Positions 9,745 through 18,728 of a stretch of DNA of 50,751 nucleotides are shown here, in pieces; the first letter of the stretch is position 1, and every line of letters starts with the position of its first letter. The stretch covers positions 1 to 50,751 of the forward strand of contig JAUWGC010000001.1 in NCBI GenBank assembly GCA_030606625.1. Direction: 5' to 3'. The stretch comes from Bacteroidales bacterium (GTDB lineage Bacteria; Bacteroidota; Bacteroidia; Bacteroidales; B18-G4). Under the pieces are notes generated by a model, which saw only the letters and a list, made by a program, of their open reading frames with translations, ran no database searches and was not told where the DNA came from. Made by a program: the position numbers and the translations under genes.

Positions 9745-10380
9745 ATGATAACGCCGATTTGGGAAGGGATCATATTGGGTTTAACATTGGTGATTTTTTT
9801 TGGATTTGGGCCTGCTTTATTTGCCTTGATCCAAACAAGCGTACACCGTGGATTATGGTCAGGCTTTCTGTTAGCATTTGGGGTATTTCTCAGCGATTTG
9901 GCCTTGGTTGGTCTTTGTTTTCTTGGCGCGGTTAAAATAATAAGCCGGCCGGAAAACCATGTCGTCTTTGGTATAATCAGTGGAGTGATACTGATAATAT
10001 TTGGAATAGTAACATATAAACGAAAAATCCAAATCGTAAGTTCTGAGAATGATAAGAGTGAAAAAAGCAAACCCGGACCGGTAACATATATACTGAAAGG
10101 TTTCTTTCTGAATATTGCCAATCCTTTTGTTTGGATTTTCTGGATGGGTGTTGTGGTAGGTGTAACTGCCAACTATAGCGGTAATGTTCAATGGGTCATC
10201 GTGTTCTTTTCAGCTACACTGCTCACTGTTCTGGCAACAGATCTTCTTAAATGTTTTGGTGCATATAAAATCAAGAAATACCTGATAGGAAAATTAATAC
10301 ATTGGATCAACCGTATTGCAGGAATTATACTTTGCCTGTTTGGAATCTTTTTGATCATAAGGGTTTTTATTGAGTTTTAA
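9745..10380 (+). CDS. LysE/RhtB family amino-acid exporter
   Basis: 211 aa with about 6 TM segments. N-terminal GFGPALFALIQTS and overall LysE-type topology. Confidence 0.7.
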   Translation: MITPIWEGIILGLTLVIFFGFGPALFALIQTSVHRGLWSGFLLAFGVFLSDLALVGLCFLGAVKIISRPENHVVFGIISGVILIIFGIVTYKRKIQIVSSENDKSEKSKPGPVTYILKGFFLNIANPFVWIFWMGVVVGVTANYSGNVQWVIVFFSATLLTVLATDLLKCFGAYKIKKYLIGKLIHWINRIAGIILCLFGIFLIIRVFIEF

Positions 10381-10422
10381 ATTGGATTATCAATATTTAT
10401 TGTATAATTAAAAATTCATATC

Positions 10423-10965
10423 ATGTTAGTACAATTTTCTAAAAACTGGTGGCTGATGGCCATAAACGGTGCAATTGCAATTTTGTTTGGCATTTTTGCA
10501 TTGTTTGTTCCTGAGGGAACAATTATTATCATTGCCAAATATTTTGGCATTGTTGTTTTGATCGGAGGACTTATTATATTGGTAGGAGCTATTCGTAACA
10601 TTAAAAACAAGCAGTCTTATGCATTGATGATGACAGAAGCAATTATCAGTATCGCAATTGGAATAATTATTTTGGTTTTTACAAAGGAAACTATTGAGAT
10701 ATTTATGATCTTGATTGGATTATGGGCTGTAATAGTAGGTATCACCCTGTTGGTTTTGTTGGCAAATATCAAAGAAGGGACGCACGATAAATATGTAATC
10801 TTGTTCAGTGGTGTATTGTCCGTAATCTTTGGAGTTGTAGTGTTATTTAATCCATTCACAATGGCGGCTGTTCTAACCATTATTGTTGGAATTGCAGCTC
10901 TTATTTTGGGTTTATTTATGATATATATAGCTTTCAGAGTCAAAAAATTGAATGAAACACCTTAG
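10423..10965 (+). CDS. HdeD/DUF308 family membrane protein
   Basis: 180 aa with six hydrophobic helices. The N-terminus NWWLMAINGAIAILFGIFALFVP is typical of DUF308. Confidence 0.65.
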   Translation: MLVQFSKNWWLMAINGAIAILFGIFALFVPEGTIIIIAKYFGIVVLIGGLIILVGAIRNIKNKQSYALMMTEAIISIAIGIIILVFTKETIEIFMILIGLWAVIVGITLLVLLANIKEGTHDKYVILFSGVLSVIFGVVVLFNPFTMAAVLTIIVGIAALILGLFMIYIAFRVKKLNETP

Positions 10966-10991
10966 CTGAATAATTGATGATATAAGATAAA

Positions 10992-12737
10992 CTAACTTTG
11001 GAATTTGATATCCTTGATGTTTAACTGAAGTGATTTTACGCCATTCCATTCATTTTCCTCTATGTGGTAACATATGTTGAATGGTTCTCCTTTGGAAATG
11101 CGCTCCAGGTGTTCGCCTTGTTGATAGGCAATAGCTGACAAAGGAAATCCTCTAACATCGAATTGAGCAACTTTCAGTTTGAGGTGATTTTTACCAACAA
11201 TCCTGGCGTGACCGGTATCATTGACACCGTCAGTTTCGAATGTCGGAGACAAGTTGCCAGGGCCAAAGGGGGAGAACTGCTTGAGTATCCTGAAAAATGT
11301 CCAGTTGATGTCATTCAAGGATAAAATGGCATTGATTTGAATCTCAGGGATCATCATTTGTTCATTAATATGGCTGGAAACATATTCTTCGAATCTATGC
11401 TTGAAAATGTCGAAGTTTTCAAGTTTGAGGGAAAGGCCTGCTGCATACTTATGACCACCGAAGTGTTCAAAAAGATCGTTGCATGAATCCAGGGCATCGT
11501 AAATGTCAAAATCCTTTATTGAACGGGCTGAGCCGGTAAGTAGCCCATTAGACTGGGTTAGAACGATTGTTGGTTTGTAATATACTTCGGTCAGCCGGGA
11601 GGCAACGATTCCTATAACTCCTTTATGCCAATTAGGATCGTAAACAACAGTACTCTTGGAATTCCGGATAGAAGAATCAGAACTTATTATTTCCAATGCT
11701 TCCTGGGTTGCAGTGAGATCAAGGTTTTTACGCTCAGTATTAAAGTTGTTGATTTGATCAGCCAGTTGATCAGCATAATCTGAATCGGTTGTAATCAGTA
11801 GTTTTACAGAATTAATGGCATTCTCAATTCTTCCTGCTGCATTGATTCTGGGCCCGATGATAAAAACAAGATCGGTGATATTTATTTCCCGGCTGAAATT
11901 TTGTTTGTCATGATCATGTCTGATCTTGCGTATACCACTGTACTTAAACAAGGATTCTATTCCTGGACGAGGATTAGAATTGATAAGCTTAAGGCCATGA
12001 TATGCAAGCACCCTGTTTTCCCAGGTTATGGGAACAATATCGGCAGCGATGCTTACCACAACAAGATCAAGAAAAGGGATCAATTCCGAGAAATCAATAT
12101 TCTTTCTTTGTGCCAGGGCCTGAACAAGCTTAAATCCAACTCCGCAACCGGAAAGATCTTTATATGGGTATTTACAATCAGTTCTTTTGGGATCAAGAAC
12201 AGCACATGCTTCGGGAATTGATTTACCGGGCCTGTGATGATCGCAAATGATGAAATCAACCTGGTGATTCCTGGCATAGAGGACTTTCTCCACTGCTTTG
12301 ATACCACAGTCAAGAGCAATAATCAGGGTAAATCCATTTTCCCTGGCATAATCAATACTTTTATAGGAAATTCCGTAGCCTTCTGAATAACGGTCAGGAA
12401 TGTAAAAATCAAGATCGGAATGAAATTTATTCAGAAATGTGTAAACCAAAGAAACGGCAGTTGTTCCGTCAACATCATAATCCCCAAAGACCAGTATTTT
12501 TTCATTGTTTTGGATGGCTTTACAGATGCGATCCACTGCCTTATCCATATCCATCATCAGGAATGGGCCAAGAAGGGATGATAATTCCGGCCTGAAAAAA
12601 GCCCTGGCTTCTTCATAATTGGTAATTCCCTGCTGGACAAGTAGATTGGACAAGTTGGAGGAAATATTCAAACTTTGGGTTAAATTCTTAACAGTTTCTA
12701 TATCACCATGATCCTTTAAAACCCAACGTTTTTGCAT
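10992..12737 (-). CDS. recJ: Single-stranded-DNA-specific exonuclease RecJ
   Basis: 581 aa. DHH-family motifs DYDVDGT, ALDCG and ICDHH, plus DHHA1 FGGHKYAAG. Confidence 0.9.
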   Translation of the reverse strand: MQKRWVLKDHGDIETVKNLTQSLNISSNLSNLLVQQGITNYEEARAFFRPELSSLLGPFLMMDMDKAVDRICKAIQNNEKILVFGDYDVDGTTAVSLVYTFLNKFHSDLDFYIPDRYSEGYGISYKSIDYARENGFTLIIALDCGIKAVEKVLYARNHQVDFIICDHHRPGKSIPEACAVLDPKRTDCKYPYKDLSGCGVGFKLVQALAQRKNIDFSELIPFLDLVVVSIAADIVPITWENRVLAYHGLKLINSNPRPGIESLFKYSGIRKIRHDHDKQNFSREINITDLVFIIGPRINAAGRIENAINSVKLLITTDSDYADQLADQINNFNTERKNLDLTATQEALEIISSDSSIRNSKSTVVYDPNWHKGVIGIVASRLTEVYYKPTIVLTQSNGLLTGSARSIKDFDIYDALDSCNDLFEHFGGHKYAAGLSLKLENFDIFKHRFEEYVSSHINEQMMIPEIQINAILSLNDINWTFFRILKQFSPFGPGNLSPTFETDGVNDTGHARIVGKNHLKLKVAQFDVRGFPLSAIAYQQGEHLERISKGEPFNICYHIEENEWNGVKSLQLNIKDIKFQS

Positions 12738-12936
12738 AGCCTATTTTAGTGTAAAGATAAATATTATTTGATAATAATTAACTACTCTTGCTATAATGAG
12801 CCCGATGTCTCGAAATATCGGATTTTGCATTCCCAGGCATATACCCCGATTCATATATATAATACCCAAATTGGAAAAATGTTCCCAAAAAAAAATGGAT
12901 TTCGAACTAATGAAAGAAATCCAATGAAAATTAGGA

Positions 12937-12983
12937 TCGACAATCGACAATCGACAATAATCAATCTGGTCACTGGTCACTGG
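12937..12983. repeat. Heptad arrays (TCGACAA)x3 at 12937-12957 and (CTGGTCA)x2.6 at 12966-12983
   Basis: Read directly. The second array is the reverse complement of the GTGACCA array at 46798-46811. It lies 17 nt downstream of the rodA stop, in rodA sense orientation. Confidence 0.9.
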
Positions 12984-13000
12984 AAAGGAAACGGAAAGAA

Positions 13001-14260
13001 TCAAAGAATCTGAAACCGGTAAGCATCCTGTCTGATAAATATGAATAACAGGATAGTAAATGCCCATAAAGAAGATCCACCATAGCTGAAGAAAGGCAGA
13101 GGAATGCCGATGACTGGCATCAGGCCAATAGTCATACCTATGTTAATAAGAAAATGGAAAAAGATGATCGATATTACACAATAACCGTAAATTCTGGAAA
13201 AGTTAGACTTTTGTCTTTCAGCCATACGTATAAGCTTGAAAAGAAAGAGGATAAATAGAGAAATAACAATAAAACTACCAAGGAATCCCCACTCCTCACC
13301 TACAGTGCAAAAGATAAAATCAGTATCCTGTTCAGGAACAAAGTTGTATTTAGTCTGAGTACCTTTTAAATATCCTTTACCGGCAAATCCACCTGAACCA
13401 ATTGCGATTTTAGACTGGTGAACATTATATCCTGCACCATGTATATCTTTTTCAATTCCAATGAGCACTCTGATACGTGTTTGCTGGTGCTCACTGAGAA
13501 GATTGTCAAATGCAAAATTGACACTAAAAACAAACAATGCAGAAATAAGAAATATAAGTGATAATTTCAGGATGTTTCCGGTAGTTCTTTTAATAAAAAA
13601 CAAAAGAACAAGAGATAATAAGAGAAGGCCTCCAATAATATACAATTCATGAATAAGTAAAGTTAACAGGAAGAGAACAATGATTGCTATTCCCGTGATC
13701 ATGATGCTGCCTGACAAACCTTCCCTGTATAAAACAAGAATAAATGCAATAAAGATAATTGCAGATCCGGTATCATTTTGAAGGAATATAAGGATAGCAG
13801 GGGTAAGGATGATAGCAAGAGAAATTATCAGTGATTTAACTTTTTGGAGTGAAAAATTGAAGGTGCTCAGATATTTTGATAAAGCCAGGGCAGTGGCAAA
13901 CTTGGCAAATTCTGATGGCTGGATGCCTAATGAACCGATCTGAAACCAAGACCTTGAACCTGAGACTTCTTTGCCAAAAAGCAAAACCCCAATTAAAAAT
14001 AACAGACTTAATGCATAAATACCATAAGCAAATGTAGAGAAGAATTTTGGATCGATGATCAGAATGACAAGGATAAGGATAACGGTGGCAGCGATCCATA
14101 TTAGCTGTTTTCCATAGCGCTGGGTGATGTCAAAGATGCTTCGGTGTTCCTCATTAAAAACGGCAGCATAAATGTTAAGCCAGCCCATGAGGATCAACAT
14201 AAAAAATAACAGGATAGCTATCCAGTCAATATTGAGAAATATACTTTTGCTTTCCCTCAA
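13001..14260 (-). CDS. rodA: Rod shape-determining protein RodA (SEDS family)
   Basis: 419 aa, multi-TM FtsW/RodA/SpoVE pattern (…GSGGFAGKGY…, …PLPFFSYGGSS…). The start overlaps the mrdA stop by 4 nt (14257-14260). Confidence 0.85.
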   Translation of the reverse strand: MRESKSIFLNIDWIAILLFFMLILMGWLNIYAAVFNEEHRSIFDITQRYGKQLIWIAATVILILVILIIDPKFFSTFAYGIYALSLLFLIGVLLFGKEVSGSRSWFQIGSLGIQPSEFAKFATALALSKYLSTFNFSLQKVKSLIISLAIILTPAILIFLQNDTGSAIIFIAFILVLYREGLSGSIMITGIAIIVLFLLTLLIHELYIIGGLLLLSLVLLFFIKRTTGNILKLSLIFLISALFVFSVNFAFDNLLSEHQQTRIRVLIGIEKDIHGAGYNVHQSKIAIGSGGFAGKGYLKGTQTKYNFVPEQDTDFIFCTVGEEWGFLGSFIVISLFILFLFKLIRMAERQKSNFSRIYGYCVISIIFFHFLINIGMTIGLMPVIGIPLPFFSYGGSSLWAFTILLFIFIRQDAYRFQIL

Positions 14261-16074
14261 TTTGAAGAAATTAAATCACTGTTCAACATTCTATCTTCAA
14301 GCCAATGGCGCTTCACTTTACCTTTTAAGTATTTTTCTATTAGCAGGCTGGCAATAGGGGCCGCCCAGGTTGCGCCGTAACCGGCATTCTCAACGATCAC
14401 AGAAAGTGCAATCGTAGGATTATCTTTAGGGGCAAATGCAATGAACATTGAATGATCCTTTCCATGAGGATTTTCCACGGTGCCGGTTTTTCCACAAAAA
14501 TGAACAGAATCAAGTTTATACCAACGTGCTGTTCCATGTTCTCCTTCCACAACTTCAAGCATGGCATCAACGATAAATTCATAATGCTTTGGTTCTATGG
14601 AAGTAACTTGCCTGGGATAATATAATAATGTATTACTCTTGTATTTAGTTGATTTAAGAAAATGAGGAGGATAATAATATCCTCTGTTTGCAATGATCGC
14701 AGCAAAATTGGCTAATTGCAAAGGAGTCACCAGAATTTCACCCTGTCCTATTGCCAAAGATCTTATGGTTAGTGCGGTCCAGTGATTTTTTCTATAAATT
14801 GAATCATAAAGCCTGGATTCAGGGATGTTTCCATTAAGTTCAAAAGGAATATCAGTGTTGAATTTTTTGCCAAATCCCAGGTTTAAAACATGGTTATACC
14901 AAACATTATAACCCATAACGGGATCGTTCGGATCAGGATGTGTAATGATTGAGCGGAATACCTTCCAAAGATAGGAATTACATGATTGTTGGATGGCTTC
15001 CTTAAGGTCTAGTGGTGTGACATGATAGTGTGTACATTTGATTGGGCGGGACTCAGGTCCGTCACAGGAATATAGGGTTTGTGGGGAAAGGATATTTTCC
15101 TGTAGCCCTATAAGCACATTAACAATTTTAAAAGTCGAACCTGGAGAATAAGTTCCCATGATGGCTCTGTTCATTAAAGGCTTAAGCGAATCGTTGAGTA
15201 AAAGGTTGTAATTATGGCTGCGGATACGGCCTACGAGTATATTTGGATCATAGGAAGGACTTGTAATAAGAGAAAGAATCTCTCCACTGGCAGGCTCAAT
15301 AGCGACAATACTTCCTTTCTTGTTTTTCATGAGTTGTTCACCGTAAGCTTGCAATTGCACATCAAGGGAAATAGTGATATTACTGCCGGCAATGGCTGAT
15401 ATGTCATAATCGCCATCATGAAAATTTCCCATTTCACGGTTAAATACATCAACAACTTTAACTTTTATTCCTTTTTCGCCACGAAGGGTTTTTTCAAAAA
15501 ATTTTTCAATGCCGCTTTTTCCAATATAATCGCGGGATTTGTAATAAGAATCATATTCAATTTCATCCATGGTAACTTCTCCAATGTAACCGAGTAGATG
15601 AGCTGCAATGGGAAAAGGATATTTTCTCAGGGTTCTGGCCTGAACGTAAAATCCTGGAAACTTATATAGCTTTTCACCCAGAAATGCATAATCCTCCCTG
15701 GATATTTGTTTCAGGAATACCGAAGGTTTATACATGGAATACTTTTTGGCCTTTTCATAACGATTACAAAACTCATCCGTGCTGATATTCAGAAGATTAC
15801 ATAAATCATTAGTGTCAAAGGCATGAACCTGATGTGGTACTACCAGCAGATCATAAGCAGCTTCATTGTATACAAGTAATTCACCATTATGATCATAGAT
15901 CAAACCCCTGGAAGGATACTGTGTAATATACCTGATAACATTATTTTCAGCAGAGAATTTATACTTATTATAAAGAACCTGGAGGTAAAACAGGCGAAAG
16001 ATGAATACTATTCCCACCAGAATAATAATAAAAAATATGATAAATTTCCTATTTGTGTATGGATGTGTGATCAT
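14257..16074 (-). CDS. mrdA: Penicillin-binding protein 2 (peptidoglycan D,D-transpeptidase MrdA)
   Basis: N-terminal TM anchor with transpeptidase motifs SPGSTFK (SxxK), SCN (SxN) and GKTGT. The ATG at 16074 (MITHPYTNRKF) is preferred to the ORF-track start at 16119. Confidence 0.9.
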   Translation of the reverse strand: MITHPYTNRKFIIFFIIILVGIVFIFRLFYLQVLYNKYKFSAENNVIRYITQYPSRGLIYDHNGELLVYNEAAYDLLVVPHQVHAFDTNDLCNLLNISTDEFCNRYEKAKKYSMYKPSVFLKQISREDYAFLGEKLYKFPGFYVQARTLRKYPFPIAAHLLGYIGEVTMDEIEYDSYYKSRDYIGKSGIEKFFEKTLRGEKGIKVKVVDVFNREMGNFHDGDYDISAIAGSNITISLDVQLQAYGEQLMKNKKGSIVAIEPASGEILSLITSPSYDPNILVGRIRSHNYNLLLNDSLKPLMNRAIMGTYSPGSTFKIVNVLIGLQENILSPQTLYSCDGPESRPIKCTHYHVTPLDLKEAIQQSCNSYLWKVFRSIITHPDPNDPVMGYNVWYNHVLNLGFGKKFNTDIPFELNGNIPESRLYDSIYRKNHWTALTIRSLAIGQGEILVTPLQLANFAAIIANRGYYYPPHFLKSTKYKSNTLLYYPRQVTSIEPKHYEFIVDAMLEVVEGEHGTARWYKLDSVHFCGKTGTVENPHGKDHSMFIAFAPKDNPTIALSVIVENAGYGATWAAPIASLLIEKYLKGKVKRHWLEDRMLNSDLISSN

Positions 16075-16182
16075 AGATAAATAATATTGCATTATGCAAT
16101 AAAAATGTAAGTGATACAAAAATAGGCATATTCCTGATCGTTTTCAGAAATGATAGTAATATTATAATAAAGAAAGATTTAG

Positions 16183-16270
16183 ACTGCATTATTTATGCAG
16201 AAGATAAAAGACAAAAGTACAAAGACAAAAGTGGCTCAAACCGAATCTTTTGTCTTTATCCTTTTATCTT
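16183..16270 (+). repeat. Repeat family B copy 1 (88 nt; small palindrome plus long A/G-rich versus C/T-rich hairpin)
   Basis: Contains CTGCAT-tattt-ATGCAG, then AAAGACAAAAG ... CTTTTGTCTTT and AAGATAAAA ... TTTTATCTT arms. It is a near-identical inverted copy of 33453-33540. Confidence 0.9.
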
Positions 16271-16292
16271 GTTAAACTAACTGACGTCAAAT

Positions 16293-16357
16293 GATTTACG
16301 ATACACGATATCCGACGTACGACTTACGATTTGATTTTAGATTTAAGATTTACGAAC
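16293..16357 (+). repeat. Repeat family C copy 1 (heptad-periodic GATTTACGATACACGATAT...TTTGATTTTAGATTT)
   Basis: Shares its 5' and 3' blocks with 46835-46896 and 47173-47226. It lies directly upstream of family A copy 1. Confidence 0.85.
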
Positions 16358-16391
16358 AAGTGGTAATTAGCAAATTAAGTTAAACAAATAA

Positions 16392-16588
16392 CTTACGTTT
16401 GAAATCGCACTTAATTTTACAAACTGCTAGCCAGTGGGGGGAGTGCACGAATGGTGTGGCACTTTCGGGGACTGTGCGGTAGGAAGTTTGACCGTGGGGA
16501 GAAAGGGCTTCATTCGTGCTGCCTTTTTCTTTGGTTCGTTTCTTTTGGGCAAGCAAAAGAAATGAACAAGCAGAAAAGACGGCGGGCA
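16392..16588 (+). repeat. Repeat family A copy 1 (197 nt): candidate structured small RNA or micro-ORF gene
   Basis: Aligns without gaps to 46949-47145, with about 15 mismatches by hand. Helices: GCACGAATG 16445-16453 / CATTCGTGC 16511-16519; GGCACTTTC/GAAAGGGCT; TGCGGT/ACCGTG. A T-rich tract sits at 16522-16532. A second hairpin is GTTCGTTTCTTTTG 16534-16547 / CAAAAGAAATGAAC 16554-16567. Confidence 0.85.
16394..16401 (+). promoter_or_regulatory. TACGTTTG, an exact TAnnTTTG Bacteroidota -7 promoter box at the 5' edge of repeat A copy 1
   Basis: Exact match to the published -7 consensus and conserved in copy 2 (46951-46958). No clear -33 TTTG was seen. Confidence 0.35.
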
Positions 16589-16659
16589 CTGGTCATTGAT
16601 AAAGATATGCCGTAAGCATCCCTATGGCAGATGGACTTTTATCTTTTTGATTAATCAAT

Positions 16660-17094
16660 TTAGCTTGAACCGGAATGACCAAAACCTCCTTTACCTCTTT
16701 CAGTCTCAGAAAGCATATTAACCTGAACCCATTCTGCCTTTTCGTGGGCAGATATGATCATTTGGGCGATTCTCTCTCCATCGTTGATAACAAAATCAAC
16801 ATTTGATAAATTGATCATAATAATCTTGACCTCACCGCGGTAATCAGCGTCGATGGTTCCAGGTGCATTTACAATGCTGATACCATGTTTAACAGCCAAA
16901 CCGCTTCGCGGACGGATTTGGGCTTCATAGCCAGGGGGAAGCTCAATGAATAACCCTGTTGGGACCAGTTTTCGTTCCATGGGTTTAAGGATCACTGGTT
17001 TAACAAGGTTTGCGCGCAGGTCCATACCTGCTGAAAAAGATGTTTCATAAGATGGTAAAGGATGTTTTGATTTGTTGACAATCTGTATATTCAT
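16660..17094 (-). CDS. dut: dUTP diphosphatase
   Basis: 144 aa. dUTPase motifs [28 protein letters not shown] and C-terminal GGFGHSG. Confidence 0.9.
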   Translation of the reverse strand: MNIQIVNKSKHPLPSYETSFSAGMDLRANLVKPVILKPMERKLVPTGLFIELPPGYEAQIRPRSGLAVKHGISIVNAPGTIDADYRGEVKIIMINLSNVDFVINDGERIAQMIISAHEKAEWVQVNMLSETERGKGGFGHSGSS

Positions 17095-17107
17095 AATAAA
17101 GAAAAAA

Positions 17108-18601
17108 TTATTTAAAACTCTTTTTGAATAATGGCCTTTCTATAAAATATACTGTTAATGCAAAAACGATGATGAATATAGTATTAATAACAAGATGAAT
17201 GGATTCTGAAGGAAAAGGAACAAACTTATTGATAAAATAAATGCCAAGTGCAAGAAAGAAGTAAATACCTATTCTTCGCAGATCATATGGAATAGGGAAA
17301 AACTTACGGCCAAGGATAAAGGATAAAATAACCATAGTAAGATAACAGAAAAAATGTGTCCAGGAAGCTCCGGTGTATCCGAACACCGGAATAAGTATAA
17401 TATTCAGGAGGATGGTTATGCCTGCTCCTGTTAATGCGATATAAGCACCGTACCGCGTAATATCATTGAGTTTGTACCAGATAGAAAGATTAAAAAATAT
17501 TCCCAGGAAAAGATTGGCTAAAAGAATGACAGGAACGATGTGAAGGCCCTGCCAGTAGTCTTCATCGATAAAATGCCTGAAAATGTTAAGGAAAAGCATT
17601 ACTAACAGAAATATGATAAGGCAGAAAATGATAAAATATTTCATCACATCAGCATATAGAACTTTGGAATCCTTGTCTTTTGCATGGGAGAAAAAGAAAG
17701 GTTCGGCAGCATATCGAAACATCTGGATAAATAATGTCATTAAAACTGCCAGTTTGTAATTGGCTCCATATATTCCAAGTTGGCTCAACACATATTTCTG
17801 CCCGTCAATTATTTCGGGAGGAACAGTAATCAAAAATCTAAATAAAAGTTTGTCAGATACTTCATTGACCATTCCGGCAAGTCCTACTATTAGTAAAGGG
17901 AATGCGTATCGCAACATCTTTTTCAGCAGGGAAAAGTCGAAAAGAAAATGAATGTTAATAATATCCGGAAGTAATATGATCAGAGTGATAACAGTTGCAA
18001 TCAGATTTGAAATAAAAGCATAACCGACACCTATTTCCGGATTATAAAAAGTAGTAATGAATGAATCGGGGTTTTGTGCGATTATTCTCGGACAAAGCCA
18101 TAGAAAGAAAAAGTTGAAAGATACATTGATGATAACATTAATGATCTTAATAAGTGTAAATTTCAGAGCCTTATTTTGCTGGCGTAGCTTAGCAAAAGGA
18201 ATCGCGATAAAAGCGTCTATACCTATGATCAGGGCAAAGTAGATGATGTACTCGGTGTTATTCTGGTATTGAATAAGACCGGATAAAGGTTTTGAAAAGA
18301 GAAGGACAAACAATATAAAAAGTGAAGAAGTTGTAAATAGTGAAGTTAGTGCAGTGGAATAGGTTTTATCCTTGTTTTTTTCAAGTTCTGAATAGCGGAA
18401 AAATGTGGTTTCCATTCCATAGGTTAGCAATACAAAAAGGAATGCCGCATAGGAATAAAGTTCCGTAACAATACCGTATTCACCCAGGATGAAAACCCTT
18501 GTATAAAAGGGCGTCATGAGAAGGAAATTCAAAAATCTGGGAACAATTGTACCCAAACCATAAACGGCAGTCTGACTGGCGAGCTGCTTTATCTTGTTCA
18601 A
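17108..18601 (-). CDS. Oligosaccharide/polysaccharide flippase (MOP/Wzx-type) family protein
   Basis: 497 aa with about 14 TM helices. N-terminus ...[28 protein letters not shown], as in Bacteroidota polysaccharide biosynthesis proteins. Confidence 0.7.
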   Translation of the reverse strand: MNKIKQLASQTAVYGLGTIVPRFLNFLLMTPFYTRVFILGEYGIVTELYSYAAFLFVLLTYGMETTFFRYSELEKNKDKTYSTALTSLFTTSSLFILFVLLFSKPLSGLIQYQNNTEYIIYFALIIGIDAFIAIPFAKLRQQNKALKFTLIKIINVIINVSFNFFFLWLCPRIIAQNPDSFITTFYNPEIGVGYAFISNLIATVITLIILLPDIINIHFLFDFSLLKKMLRYAFPLLIVGLAGMVNEVSDKLLFRFLITVPPEIIDGQKYVLSQLGIYGANYKLAVLMTLFIQMFRYAAEPFFFSHAKDKDSKVLYADVMKYFIIFCLIIFLLVMLFLNIFRHFIDEDYWQGLHIVPVILLANLFLGIFFNLSIWYKLNDITRYGAYIALTGAGITILLNIILIPVFGYTGASWTHFFCYLTMVILSFILGRKFFPIPYDLRRIGIYFFLALGIYFINKFVPFPSESIHLVINTIFIIVFALTVYFIERPLFKKSFK

Positions 18602-18728
18602 GAATAAAGGATTTTATTTTAATAAACGAACCTTAGATAAATTTGTTTTTATACCTCCATGACGCAAGCAGGAATTCATATGCACAAAAGTGGTAAAAAT
18701 ATTTTTCATATAATAATTAAAATATTTT

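Noticed and set aside
9621-10191. 183-aa and 106-aa minus-strand ORFs
   Set aside because: They are antisense to the well-supported LysE-family gene and to the end of the GH3 gene, and are typical shadow ORFs.
12741-13067. 108-aa minus-strand ORF and 81-aa plus-strand ORF (12768-13013) in the recJ-rodA intergenic region
   Set aside because: They span heptad repeat arrays and overlap the 3' end of rodA. The sequence is low-complexity and the translation has no recognisable motifs.
16380-16589. 69-aa minus-strand ORF, together with its 100-aa counterpart at 46913-47215, considered as a duplicated protein-coding gene
   Set aside because: The ORFs run through repeat family A. Differences between the copies are mostly non-synonymous in this frame (HW/HR, YRTV/HHTI). 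The ORF ends differ between the copies. The wobble pairs in the predicted helices fit a + strand RNA, not a minus-strand mRNA. The open frame is probably a by-product of the locally GC-rich repeat.
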